Positions 1 through 12,621 of a stretch of DNA of 64,000 nucleotides are shown piece by piece. The stretch comes from Paraspadella gotoi (Eukaryota > Animalia > Chaetognatha). Below the pieces are notes generated by a model. The model searched no databases. It saw nothing but the letters and a program-made list of their open reading frames with translations, and was not told the origin of the DNA. The stretch spans positions 7,932,812-7,996,811 of the forward strand of contig CM119270.1 in the NCBI GenBank assembly GCA_051294375.1. The letters run 5' to 3'. A program made the position numbers and the translations under genes. Every line of letters starts with the position of its first letter. The stretch's first letter is position 1.

Positions 1-31
<31 letters not shown>

Positions 32-3000
32 GTAGAGGAGAAGGAGAGACGGAAGTGAGGAGAGGAGACGGATTGCAAAACAGTCTTCATCGCTCGAGAT
101 GGCTTCACTTGTCCGCAGCGAGACGAGAGCTGAAACGAAATGCAAGATGAGAGCGAAGGTCATAGAAAAAGTATTCTGCGTCGTTCGAGACCGAAGGGCC
201 GTGGTCCGTGGCGATTGCTTTTCTAGTCAAAGTCAAGTTGTTGTGAGAGATGGGACGATGCCAAGTCAAGACAAAACATGACGCGTGGCCATGGACGATG
301 CCATGTGGGCATGGCCATTCCAATGTCAGACGATGCTAGTGTTTTGAGGCATATTATTGTTTCAACCAAATATAAAAAAAATATATTACTACTCCCATTA
401 AGAGTCTATTTCATTTTGATAAAAAAACATATTCACCAAGTAAAAATATTCATTCCCTCTATTTCCTCTCCCACTCTATCTCTTACGCCAACAATTGAAT
501 CCCACGCCGCTCACATGTCACTTTCCCGGCCCAGAGCTCAAGCCGACGCGGCCCTCCGTCTCGCGCCCTCCAAATCTACGAACGCGTTTCTCCAATCCAC
601 GTGAGCACGCGAGAGTCGAGCTGATCCTCGCGCTGCCAGGACGACGACGCACGCGCCCGCAAAGATCAGCGTCACGACCGATGGAGAGGATGACTAACAC
701 GGGCTCGAGCAACTTCGTCGCCCCCTCTGCCGATGCTCACCATTGAAGAGGAAGGGATCTGTCAAGAAGACGTGGGAGAACTTACGAATCAAGAGGTGGG
801 AGGAGGAGGGTGGATTGGAGTAGGTATGTTGAAGGGAAAGTTGAGAGAGGGAAAGGTCCTCAAGAAGACGCTGGGGAACTACATCAATGTAGGGAGTGTG
901 TGGAAAGGAAAAGTTGAGAGAGGGGAAAAGTCTCAAATGACGCTGGAGGGGAGCTACAATCAAGGAGGGGGAAGGTTGGGAATTGTAGTAGGGATGTGAA
1001 GCGAAAATTGAGAGGGGAGACCGGTCTCACAGATTAAGACGGCGTGGGGCACGTGACATCCAATTTAGGGGATGTTGAAGGAAAAGTTTGAGACGGGATA
1101 AATCTCTTCAAGTAAGACGCTGGGGCACTACGATCAGAGGGGGGAGGTTGGATGATGGTGTTGAGGGAAAAGAGTTCGATGAGGGGAAAGGTGCTCAAGA
1201 TGACTGGGGAATTACATCAAGGTGGGGGAGGTTGGACGGAGTAGGGATGTTGAAGGGAAATTGAGAGGGAAAAGGTCTCAAGAAGAGGCTGGGGAAACAT
1301 TTTACAACCGGAGTAGAGATGCTGGCGGACATGGGGACTGAAGGGAGGGAAAAGTTTGAAAGCGGAGGGGAAGGAGGAGGTCTCAAGAAGACGGTGAGAG
1401 GAGGAACTAACATCCGGGTGGGGGAATGTTGAGGCGTTGAAAGAGGTATCAAGCAGAGCAGGAGCTTGTAATATACGCAAGAAATAATTTTGGCGAGAGA
1501 AAAAAATCGAATTTAGTTTGAATGGTTAAAACGTAAATGTAATGTTAATACAGTCCTAAATAGTTTCGCGCGCGAGTGGAATTCAGTAACCGGCACGCTC
1601 CAGCACGAAGAAATAAGGGAAAAAAATGGCAGAAGTTAGCATATAAATAGACGTTAAGTATTGACTGCCCTGCTCATAAGTTCATTGAGCTGCTAGAGAC
1701 CCACTAAAAAGTTCTATACTGAATAAGAGATATATGATATATCCTTATCATGAGTAATATACACTGTTTCTTAAAACAGATCACCACCTAAGTCGGTAAA
1801 AAAGACATGTTATCGAAGTTTTACGACGATTTGTGAGAGTACACAATGCTTGGATGTGTTTGTTCCCCTGTGAGCCCAATGGGATTAGGGCTGAACGCTC
1901 GTGCGGAACGTGAACAGCCGTGTGAGCCTAGATCAGATGGAGATTCGTACCCGTCAAGATAATTAAACTTATTTCAAAGATGCAGGGTGATAAAGAAGAA
2001 AAGTACGAGACCTTTAAAAACTGACGCGATATTGCTTAGCACTACTAAAGGTTGTTCATCGACCCAAAGCCAACCACCACTGACATTCGTTTAAGTAAAA
2101 CTATTAGGCAATATTTAGTCAATTAAGAAAAACAAACGCATATATTTTTGGGGTAATGATGTAGAATAACGCTTATGGTTTATCTTCCGAAATTTAATCA
2201 AAGGTAAAAAACCTTCAAAATACCGAGTCAGTGAGAAGAAATTAGTAATAAAGTACAGAGAAATGAAGTTGTTTGTGGAACAGCTTGAAAATCCAAGACA
2301 TATATATACTCCGAGGGATTCATTACTCGATAAGCCCCTGCCTATAATCTGATTACTTGAAAGTCCAAGATAAGGAAGCTTATAATGTGAAAAAGTGTAA
2401 AATCGGACATTAGTACTCAGGGGGTTTGCGCATCGACGACTGTCGTTAGACCATCCTAACCGTTACATAACATCTGACTTTTCTTCAATGTCTTTTAACA
2501 AAACGAAATTCTAAAGTAATTGAAATTATTTAAAAATCATGGGGAATTCACGATTATTACGAAGGGAAAATTAAAATAAATCAATTAATAATCAGATTGC
2601 AGTGGTGGAATAGAGCCCAAGGCCTGCTTAGAGTACTGGTTACCTTAAACCACTTCAGCACGCCTACCTCCCACTGTATTATGCTTGTAAATAATTCAAG
2701 TCAAATTATAGTAAATTCTAGATTAAAGAAGATTTATAATGTGAAAAAAGAGAAAATCGGACATAGTACTCAGGGGTTGCCATCGACCTAGTCGTAAGAC
2801 CTTCCTAACTACTTAACATCTATATTTATCTTTTCTGTCTTATAACCAAACAAATCTAAAGTAATTGAAAGTTATTTAAAAAATCATTGGGATTTCCACG
2901 ATTATTGCCTAAGGTAAATAAAATAAAGTAATTAAACCTGAGTGGCAGTGGTGGGATTTGAACCATGCCTAATTAATACCCTAAACCAGCGCCTTAGACC

Positions 3001-3588
3001 GCTCGGCCACAAACGACCTTTCGACTTTCTTTAGATCAACTCCGCCCCAACTGCTCCACTCCGGAACGCCGCCACTGGATCAAGGGCGTCGGCACTTGCT
3101 GCAGACCCGGCATCGCTCAGCCTCTCGCCGACGCTGCTCTCGGCGGGTGAGCGCCTGCCGCCGCGCGCTGGCGTCCCAGCGGCGGACTCGTGCGGCGCTG
3201 GCGCCGGACTCGTTCCGTCGGGTGCCGCAACATTGCGCGGCCTCTCTCTCTCGCATCTCGATAACGACGCGAGGGCGAAACTTCGTTACGTCCGTCTGCT
3301 CGCGGAGTAGCACTCGGAAGACCTTTGGCACCGCCACTTTCATCTCGCAGCACGTGTGGCTTTGGCTTTCTCCCCGGTCTGCATTCCCACTGCTGCCCGC
3401 TGGTCAGGCTGCGGGGCGAGGTAAGATACGAGCGATGTGTAGCAGAATTGTTAGATAAATCTGATTCATAACTTATCAGTAAAGTACATAGGAAAAAATT
3501 TCAATTCAATTAGTGAAGGTTGTTTGAGAAATTTTATTTTTGTGTGACTGCAGAAGTGCAATACAGTGTGGCCAAAATGTTGTCGAGG
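1..3588 (+). pseudogene. Indel-rich duplicate of ~22520-25780 (FRMPD4-like exons D and E, donor minisatellite, tRNA-Leu pseudogenes); probably an uncorrected long-read copy
   Basis: Colinear with 22520-25780: 'tcactttcccggcccagagctcaagccgacgcggcc' at ~518 matches 23071, and 'ctttctttagatcaactccgcc' at ~3025 matches 25271. Frequent 1-2 nt indels break the frames. Confidence 0.85.
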
Positions 3589-3997
3589 ACTTTTTTATTG
3601 GTTCTATCACGCCCCCAAAGAAAAAAAAGAGCAAATTCCTATATTTTCGACCACTAAATCTGAAATTTATGCAGTTTAAAATTTTGTTTACTTTTCGTGT
3701 TTTTATGTCTTATTTATTCTTTAATTTTTTTTAATGGTTATTTTCTTTGTGCTCAGGCTTTCGTTTTATGTACTTGCCTAAAAAAAAGCAAATTCATAGA
3801 TTGAACTTTACAAATTATCCACTGTGTCAGGTTGAGATATGTCATCTCCCAAATCCTTCGCCCCGCGGGGTGGCTCTAGGGGCGGCCCCAGGGGGCAGAC
3901 TATTCCAGGGGGAGCAGCAAAATGGTCATTGAGGGGGTGCCCCTAATAGACCTAAAATGTTTGCCCCAGGGGGAACCCGGGGGCTAAAAAAAGTCTG
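3584..3997 (+). repeat. Third copy of a DDI1-like intron segment (matches ~8104-8520 and ~15572-15985), ending at an N gap
   Basis: Near-identical 'cgaggacttttttattgg...gggggctaaaaaaagtctg' at all three places. Confidence 0.85.
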
Positions 3998-4636
3998 NNN
4001 NNNNNNNNNNNNNNNNNNNNNNNNNNNNNNNNNNNNNNNNNNNNNNNNNNNNNNNNNNNNNNNNNNNNNNNNNNNNNNNNNNNNNNNNNNNNNNNNNNNN
4101 NNNNNNNNNNNNNNNNNNNNNNNNNNNNNNNNNNNNNNNNNNNNNNNNNNNNNNNNNNNNNNNNNNNNNNNNNNNNNNNNNNNNNNNNNNNNNNNNNNNN
4201 NNNNNNNNNNNNNNNNNNNNNNNNNNNNNNNNNNNNNNNNNNNNNNNNNNNNNNNNNNNNNNNNNNNNNNNNNNNNNNNNNNNNNNNNNNNNNNNNNNNN
4301 NNNNNNNNNNNNNTCATTTCGTCTATATATCAATCATTTAGTCATTACTTTAACGGTAGAATAATTCAATCATTATTCAATTCAATGCTTCTTCGNNNNN
4401 NNNNNNNNNNNNNNNNNNNNGATGCTAATATTAAGAAGAAGATTTTTAAGCAAAAATTGAAATATGTTATTTATTCATATTACCTTGATTATTTTTTTTA
4501 ATATGGCCGGTAAAGTTAAATTTCATTTCCTTCGATTTAAGATTTTTATGGTTTTTAACACCTGTGGTGACGCCCCAAGCCCGGCCGCCGCTGTTGCTGT
4601 TACCGTCGCCGCGACCGCCACCGCCGCCAACGCCGG

Positions 4637-4690
<54 letters not shown>
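4637..4690 (+). repeat. (GCC)n trinucleotide repeat
   Basis: Pure gccgccgcc run inside a GC-rich patch; the source of the poly-Ala/poly-Arg ORFs. Confidence 0.9.
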
Positions 4691-4693
<3 letters not shown>

Positions 4694-5089
4694 TTAGCCG
4701 ACTTCGTTGTCTCAATCCTTATCTCGTTGCTTTATTGGATTTTTCATTCTTTTGACCTTGTACTCTTCTGTCTCCCCTCTCTCCCTTTTCTCTTTTTCTT
4801 TCTCTCTCTCACTCGGGACGCGTTACACCTTGTTATTCGAGTTCCTTTGCAGACGAATTTTCACCTCCACGGTTTAATCTTTTCATCCTTTGCGTTGAAC
4901 TTATATTATTTTCTTTCTTCTTTCTTTTCTTTCTTTCTTTCTTTACTTTCTTTCTTCTTTCTTCTTTCTTTCTTTTCTTCTTTCTTTCTTTCTTTCTTTC
5001 TTTCTATTTTCCCCTCTTCATTTCCACGACTTCCTCTTCTGATGGTAAGAAGCAAGCCTATAGGATATTTTTGTTCCCATGTCAGCTCT

Positions 5090-5182
<93 letters not shown>

Positions 5183-5959
5183 ATCTTCTTCTCTCTTCTC
5201 TCTCTCTCTCTCTGTCATTCACGTCCCAATCGATCTTCGCCTTATTTCACGGCGCGCCAGTGTTTTTGTTTCCGGACGCGTGACTGTCTCTCTGAGATAC
5301 CGACTCCGAAGCTTCTGCCTTTTTTCGTCCATCACTCCATTACTTGGTTATTTACTTAATTTATTATTATTATTTGCATTTTCTTTTCTTTCGCTGACGT
5401 TATAAGCTATTATTCACGAATTTCTTCTCCTCCAGCCACGAATATTCTAGCTATTTCGCGTTTAGCGATAATAACCATCATTGCGAACGCAAGTTGACTC
5501 ACGACAGTCCAAACGTCACGTCCGATTGTCACCAGCCAAGCGAAAGCTTGTCCCAAACTTGCGTGACCAAGCTTCACCAAGACGCCATCATTTGTTCAAG
5601 GACGCCGCTATTTTTTTTTCGGCGTGTCACGAAAAAGAAAAAAAAAGCTCAACGAGCACGGTCGCGAATCGCCGAAGATTAATTCTCTGCTTATTATGTC
5701 CGCGCACGAATTGTGGATTTGCCTGCTAAACAAAAGCTCGGAGAGCCGAGGAGAATGCGACACCGAAAGAAAAAAATAAAACAAAGAAAAGAAACAAGAA
5801 AAAAAAGAAAAAAAACAAGAAAGAAAAACAAAGGAATGAGGGGCTAAACCAAACCTTCGGCACTCAGATTTCCCCTTAATTCTGGTTCTAAGGACGGCGC
5901 CCGTCGAGAATTTTATAACGCATGCCGGGTAAATCGCGACAAGCGTTTTATGATAGAAT

Positions 5960-6130
5960 AATGATGATGATTATGATATGTATGCATGATGATGATGCTA
6001 TTGATGATGGTTATTGATGATGATGGATATGAGAGATTGATGAGATCGATGTATGATGATGATGATGATGATTGATGCATGATTGATTGATGATGAATGA
6101 TGATGACGATGATGATGATGATGATGATTA
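5960..6130 (+). repeat. (GAT)n microsatellite (second copy ~13345-13500)
   Basis: Degenerate gatgatgat run. Confidence 0.85.
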
Positions 6131-7271
6131 TTTAAAGTGGTCGACACGGACGAGAATTTAAAAATAATTATAATGTCGTATTATTTCTAATGAAAAGGTA
6201 TAAAAAAAAGTACATACTACGCGATACGAAAATAAAGTGGAAAAAAATATGAAAGAAGGGAAAACAACACGTGCGAACAATTAGGCGAGTTCGGCAACGG
6301 CGCCTGGCGCCAATTTATTACTTGTATCGCAATTAGGCCCGCGTTTCGCGTAATGTATCAAGAAAATATCGCCCGCCCGGCCCGCCGCCGCCGCACGCGC
6401 CGCCGCCTGCTTACTTCAGGCCGCCGGACTCGCCGACTATTTACGCCAAGGGGTTTTTTGTGGATGAGGTGGAAATGTCTCTCTGTGTGGGCTGGCTGAG
6501 TGTTCTGTTTCACAGTGTAGGAAGGAGAAAGAAATAATAACGAGGGGGGGGGGGGGGGGGGTAAAATATAACAAAAAATAAACGATAATATCCATTTAAT
6601 CTAGTATTTATTAACGCCCTCTGCTAAATTTTCCATTTACAAAATCCCATATACCATGACCATCCCAGATTTCCCGCACAGTTCTCTCCGCCTGGTTCTA
6701 TTCCCGGACGTCCGCCACACGCCATCACTTGCGCCACAAATGAGCGACTATCCTTCGTCACGCCCTTACCTTATCACAGGCGTCACTGCATCAGCCCTGA
6801 CACCCTTCATGCGTCACCGCCGTCCGCATGAAGGAGGGAACATTTCTCGTTCGCCTGAGAAAATGTGGCGAGTGACCGGTGGAGCCGATGCTTAGTAGGT
6901 TGGCTGAGGTCGATCAGTGCACTGGGAAATGGCCATGAGGATGCGTGGGTATAAAAATGGCGGGAGGAGATGGTTCAATAAGGGCTGATGTGATAGAAAT
7001 GGCGTAAGAGATTGATAAAAATGGTCGGAGGTGACAAAATTGGCGGAGAGGTGAGTGTAAAAATACTAAAGAAGATGGTGAAAATAGCAGAGATATGGAA
7101 TATGGAGATGGCGGGAGATTAGAAATGGCTATAGGTAGATGTGACATAGAAGTGACACGAGAATATAGCCGGGAAGATTGAATGACGTAAAATGCACAGA
7201 GATAAGTCAGTAGAAATGGTTTTTTGTATTTATCTTTCTCTCTTTCTTTCTTATCTATCATTATTTCTTCT

Positions 7272-7331
<60 letters not shown>

Positions 7332-7365
7332 ATCTATCTATATTATCTATCTATCTATCTATCTC
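7272..7365 (+). repeat. (CTAT)n microsatellite (second copy ~14670-14790)
   Basis: atctatctatct run. Confidence 0.9.
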
Positions 7366-7389
7366 TATGTCTATTCTGTCTATATCTAA

Positions 7390-8054
7390 TCTATTTAGAA
7401 GAAGGTGAATGAAGAGGGGTAATAGACACCGCTCTGGCTCTGATCTCATTTCATGTACCATTTCCCGTCTTTATCACATCATGTTCGCCAATCGCCAACC
7501 ATGCAATCCTCGACGGAGGTTCTCCGTACCTGATGCCGCCGCAGCATGTCCACCCAGCGCTCATCTCGCATGGGCTGCTCAGCTACGGCCGACATCGACG
7601 CGGGCAGAAAGTCTTCTCCGATCTGGAGTTCGCACAAGTGGATGCGGCGAGGATGCGGCAAGAGCCTACGCCTGTGGAAACGTGGGTGTGGAGGAGAGAT
7701 AATGAGGTGAAGGATTTGATGAAAAATTGTTGGTTAAATCAAAATTTGTTTTGTTATATTTGTTATTGTCGTTGTTTTCGTTTGTTTAAATTATTCGATT
7801 GCGCATTGCCCTTTTTTTTGTTGAGAAAAGAGAAAAGGTTTTATAGTAAAAAAATATTATGGTGATTTTTTTGCGCCGATTTTCTTGAATAAATTAAAAA
7901 AATAAATATTTTGACTGAAAAAAGGTTTTCGATAAAAAAAATTGGATGGGTCCGCCTGAAGGGTCTCCCAAAGGGGTCGCAAGAAAGCGGCAGAATTAAT
8001 CGGATATTGGATGCCTCTAGGCCTCTCTCTCTTCTCTCTCTCTCTTCTCTCTCT

Positions 8055-8104
<50 letters not shown>

Positions 8105-11100
8105 GAGGACTTTTTATTGGTCTATCACGCCCCAAAGAAAAAAAAAAGAGCAAATTCCTATATTTTGACCACTAAATCTGAAATTTATGCAGTTTAAAAT
8201 TTTGTTTACTTTTCGTGTTTTTATGTCTTATTTATTCTTTAATTTTTTTTAATGGTTATTTTCTTTGTGCTCAGGCTTTCGTTTATGTACTTGCCTAAAA
8301 AAAAAGCAAATTCATATAGATTGAACTTTACAAATTATCCACTGTGTCAGCGTTGAGATATGTCATCTCCCAAATCCTTCGCCCCGCGGGGTGGCTCTAG
8401 GGGCGGCCCCAGGGGGCAGACTATTCCAGGTGGGAGCAGCAAAATGGTCATTGAGGGGGTGCCCCTAATAGACCTTAAATGTTGCCCCAGGGGGAACCCG
8501 GGGGCTAAAAAAAGGTCTGCCCGATGCTCTTGTTGTTTGATTCTAGTAACCTGATTAACCTCCTACACTGGTCGGGTTCTGTATGTTATGATATATCGGT
8601 GCACAACAGCTAATATCGATCTCGGAATATTCAAAACGTGACACTCTAACATTTCTCTTGCGTGGTCAGCCTCATAGTATACATAATATCATAAAACAGA
8701 GTGTGCTGGTTAACTCCCCCTATAGTCAGTATTGATTTCAGGCGAGCGAAGAATCAGTTGTTAGAGTTTTAAAGTAGATAGTGTATCTTGAGAAGAGGGT
8801 TCCAAAGTCCTCTCCATATTATGTATTGTTTAACATGTGTAGAAGAGTATACTATTCTGACGAGTTAAATGCGTATATATTGATAATCACGCAAGTCAGT
8901 CATGGGAGATAAACTGTTCCCATACTCTCTAGGCTTCGAGTTTGTGGACCTGTGTGCTTTGGTTAATATCTGGACGTGTAACTGTTCTATCTCAGTTCGC
9001 TAGTTTATCCTTTCCTGTCCATTGTAACGTGAGTTGTAGCTATTTCTCTCTAGCCATCTGCTCTTTCGTGCATCTCACTTGTCTTCAGCGTCTCGGCTCG
9101 TTATTTTTATTTTTCTGTACTTTTTCTTTTTCTTTTTGCCTTCTTTTTTTCTTTCTCTCTCTCTTTCTCTGGTTGCTCTATCGTAAATTCTCTTCAAGAC
9201 TTGTTTTATGCTAACTAAGAGATAAAATATTTTTTTTTTTCCAAATATAGATATATCAACTTTTGAACCGTCGGTGTTTTTCAATATTTTATCTAAAAAA
9301 TTAGCAAGTGTGTTATCTATGTGTGTACTTTACCATCTTTTAATTTAATGCGTTCTATTGACTTGTTTACTTTTTATTTTGTTAATTAAAAGAGTGTCCA
9401 TAAAGGTTTTCGATTGATTAGTGAACGTGAACACATTGTCAGCCATGTGAAGATGACCGTTGGTAGAGTCGTTCACGCCGTGGCACAATAATTTTTTCCT
9501 TTTTTGGTCCTCCCCCCCCTCCTCCCCCTCCCGCCCCCTGGCCCATACCCTGATGCCCCGCCCGACCATACTCTCTCTCCGCTATTGCGCGCACTACTTC
9601 ATGATCTCGCATCTAAGAACTTATTTTATGTTTATATCTTTAATAAAAGACTCGCAACCAAAAAAGCGCACCCCCCCCCCCCCCCCCCCCGCCCCGCCCT
9701 CACGAGAAAGAGAGATGACCCGCCCCCCACGCACCCCCCCCCCCCCCCGAACCCCCCCCCCCGACATAAGACAGAGATAGGTGTAATTGAATGATTTGTG
9801 TTGCGCTTGATTGCGAGTGTGGCCTTCAGGTCTATTGAGAAGAATCCGTAATGCTGTGTTAAAAACTGTCTGGCAAAATGCGTGGTTAGTGGTGCAGAGA
9901 GAGTGGCTGCCTATCGATACCGTATGTAGAGAGAGGAGAAGAGATGAAGTGACGAGCACTGTAGGTACCGAAATGATGGGAGAGAAAGGAAGGCATGGTA
10001 GTACTTGGATAGAGATACACCGAGAAGTAGGAATAAGGTAAGAGTGAGTTAGGAAGCAGAATCCGATAGAACACTCGCGAGTGCCTTCGAAAGGAGCGAG
10101 CCGTTCCTCCCAAGGAATGGTGCACGGCTCAAAATTCATGCCTCCGCTGGACAAGTGAGAGGTGTGGCTAGCCCCCTATGCGGACAGATGGTTCTGTTAT
10201 CAAAGTCCTCTCCTGGGGATTCCCCCTGGAGTGCGCCCCTTGCGGGCGCCCCTAAAAAAAAGAGGCCTACAGGGGGCGCGCCAAGCTATCCTGGCCACAG
10301 TAAGGATTTGCTTGCCCCCCCTAGGGGCCGCCCCCGCGGGGCCACCGCGGAAGCCCCCCCTACGCCCAGCGCCCCGCGGGTGCGAGCGCCCGATTCTGAA
10401 GGATGACACTACTTGGTTCAGGTTCGTGACAAAATTTCAACAACACCCATACTTCTCTTACGCACAATTATGCTGGACATAATGTGGACATAATGTGGAC
10501 GCATACCTGAGCGACTCCCATCCATCGAGGAATCAATGAGATTTCTGAACTCGGATTTCATGATGGCTGAAACAAATCCAATAATCAATCATCAGATCTT
10601 AAATCAATCAACGAAGCCAATCTAAATTCATCCCACGAAATCGATTATTAAATAGCCCATCATGGCACAGAATCAATATACAGGACTGACTTGACCGCTG
10701 TTGCGCCTAATTCATCGTCATCTGAGGCTCCAGAGTCGACGATCGCCTTCAGGATTTTCTCCGTTGGACTCCAACATTTAAGAACAACATCGGGAACCTA
10801 GCAAAACAATCAATCATTTCGTCTATATATCCAATCTTTAGTCATTACTTTAACGGCTTAGATAATCAATCATTATTCAATTCATGCTTCTTCGTTAAAA
10901 AAGACTCGGATATCTTTCTAAACAAATAAATCATAATTATTCACCGGCGCGTAAAATTCGGGATGCGAATTCCAACGCCAACTGCAGATTTTTCGTCGCA
11001 TGTTCTTTTGTCTTTCGTCTGAAGGATTTCCGCCATGCTGAAAGAATCAGAGCAATAAGTAATAGATAAATAATGAAATGGATTTGAAATTCAATATATA

Positions 11101-11571
11101 AAAATAATTGATGAAACGTAATTTACGATATCACTGATTAAAAACATTTAAAAATCCATAGCTAATGAAATACTGAATAAAGTAAGTAGGGCATCATGTC
11201 ATGTCAAGTCAACCGAATTCTATGTTGTTCAACTGTCCTCACCTGCCAATCCCCCGTGCCTTACACCCACTCGACTCACGCTGGACTTAGGTCGGGCATG
11301 TCCGGATTCGAGGCCGTGGCGAAGGGGTTGTTGAAGGGAAAAAGAGTTGGTCGATTTCCGAGACTGGAGCGAGGTGAGCCGGAGGCGCCGGCAACGGCGG
11401 GGTCGCTCATCGAGGCGCCGGGAAAAGGGAAAGGGACGGCGCCGAAGACGCCGCCTGCGCGACGGAGGAAGAGCATGTCGCCGTTGCGAACACCGAGGTC
11501 CTTTGTGGAAGAAATACATTGGATTTTAGCCATACGAAACCAACTTACAATACAAACTCCATTGATGTAAG

Positions 11572-11603
<32 letters not shown>

Positions 11604-11844
11604 TATGTAAGCCATCAACAGACCGACCATCTTACGAACACAGATAGTGATCAAGCCCTTCCCCTACCCTCAACTTTTTCCCATCGTTGGCCAACTGTCG
11701 TCCGTCCAAAAATAGCGCCAAGTTTTCGTCCCTCGCGGCGCCCAAGTGACGCCGACACTTGAATTTGGCGGCGCCTAGTGTAGCCGCGGCGTCGACGGTG
11801 ATGTTGAAGATTTGCCCGGCGTCGGTCGTTACCGAAATACGCAT
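7390..11844 (-). CDS. DDI1: DDI1/DDI2-like protein (N-terminal ubiquitin-like domain + retroviral-type aspartyl protease), copy A; 3' exons carry indels
   Basis: Exons on the - strand: 11844-11668 (MRISVTTDAGQIFNITVD...LFLDGRQLANDGKKLR), 11500-11280 (DLGVRNGDMLFLRR..., completing the UBL), 11037-10945 (two-copy consensus MAEILQDERQKNVDENLQLALEFAPEFYAP), 10797-10691 (consensus VPMLFLNVGVNGENLKAIVDSGAQMTMISA, catalytic DSGAQ), ~10560-10507 (CRVQNLIDPRWMGVAQ), 7671-~7390 (GVGSCRILGRIHLCELQIGEDFLPASMS...DMLRRHQ). GT/AG boundaries; the peptides follow the known DDI1 RVP sequence in order. The 3' end is approximate. Confidence 0.85.
8361..10408. mobile_element. Putative non-autonomous DNA transposon with GC-rich imperfect terminal inverted repeats, in DDI1-like intron 5 (equivalent 15831-16920 in copy B)
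   Basis: Left end 'tgtcatctcccaaatccttcgccccgcggggtggctctaggggcgg' resembles the reverse complement of the copy B right end 'gtcatcccttcagaatcgcctcccccgggggcgctgctaggggcgc'. AT/CT-rich non-coding interior. No TSD could be resolved. Confidence 0.4.
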
Positions 11845-12390
11845 TTTTAAATAATGATTAAAAAATAAATAAATAAACTAAAAAAATAAATAANNNNNNN
11901 NNNNNNNNNNNNNNNNNNNNNNNNNNNNNNNNNNNNNNNNNNNNNNNNNNNNNNNNNNNNNNNNNNNNNNNNNNNNNNNNGAAGATAAGTGATACGCACG
12001 GAGATTTTTTCTATATGACACGTGTTAAAGCTTTTTATTTTCCCTCTCAGGATTTATGAAGGGTCTGGAACAAGCGAGATTACCGTCCCGTTTATTCAAA
12101 GCGTTGTCGTTAGAGAGAGAGAGAAGAGGAGAGAAGAGAGGACGAGAAGGAGAGTCCCTAATAAGGATATAGGCAAGAGAGAGAGAGAGACTTGGATATA
12201 TATATATACAAAAGTTAAAAACCTAAAGTCGTTTCGTTTCCCCCATACGTAAATTAATTCAAGTCCGATGATCCAAATAATTAACTTTTTTCGCTTCAAA
12301 TTTTTTAAATTTCGTTTTAAAATTTATTATAATCACAGCTCTCCGGAGATTAATAAAAAGCTCACNNNNNNNNNNNNNNNNNNNNNNNNN

Positions 12391-12531
12391 TTCTTCTTTC
12401 TTCTTTCTTTCTTTTCTTTCTTTCTTTCTTTCTTTCTTTCTCCATTCTATTTTCGCTCCCTCATTTCCACGACTTCCTCTTCTGATGCGAAGAAGCCAAG
12501 CCTAAGGATTTTTTTGTTCCCATGTCAGCTA

Positions 12532-12621
<90 letters not shown>

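Larger units (their letters stand above)
4900..12365. repeat. Copy A of a ~6.5-7.5 kb tandem duplication (copy B is 12391-18917)
   Basis: Landmarks recur in the same order: CT repeat, GAT repeat, poly-G, CTAT repeat, DDI1 exons, 'gatacgcacggagat' (11991 vs 18491). The copies are separated by an N gap at 12366-12390. Confidence 0.85.

Noticed and set aside
3926-4364. ORFs full of X (also 47293-47794)
   Set aside because: They run through N gaps; the sequenced part of 47293-47488 is the U5 gene.
4727-5405. Long Ser-Leu / Arg-Glu ORFs here and at ~12.3-12.8, 15.4, 22.3-22.8, 26.4-27.1, 48.8 and 61-63 kb
   Set aside because: Translations of (CT)n/(GA)n and (CTTT)n microsatellites, not genes.
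8520-9070. Sequence in copy A with no counterpart in copy B (also ~9780-10200)
   Set aside because: No ORF, repeat or terminal structure; most simply a low-quality read segment, so not called an insertion.
10691-10797. DSGA aspartyl protease motif as an LTR retrotransposon protease
   Set aside because: It is split by spliceosomal introns, fused to a UBL and follows DDI1 sequence; no gag, RT or LTRs nearby.
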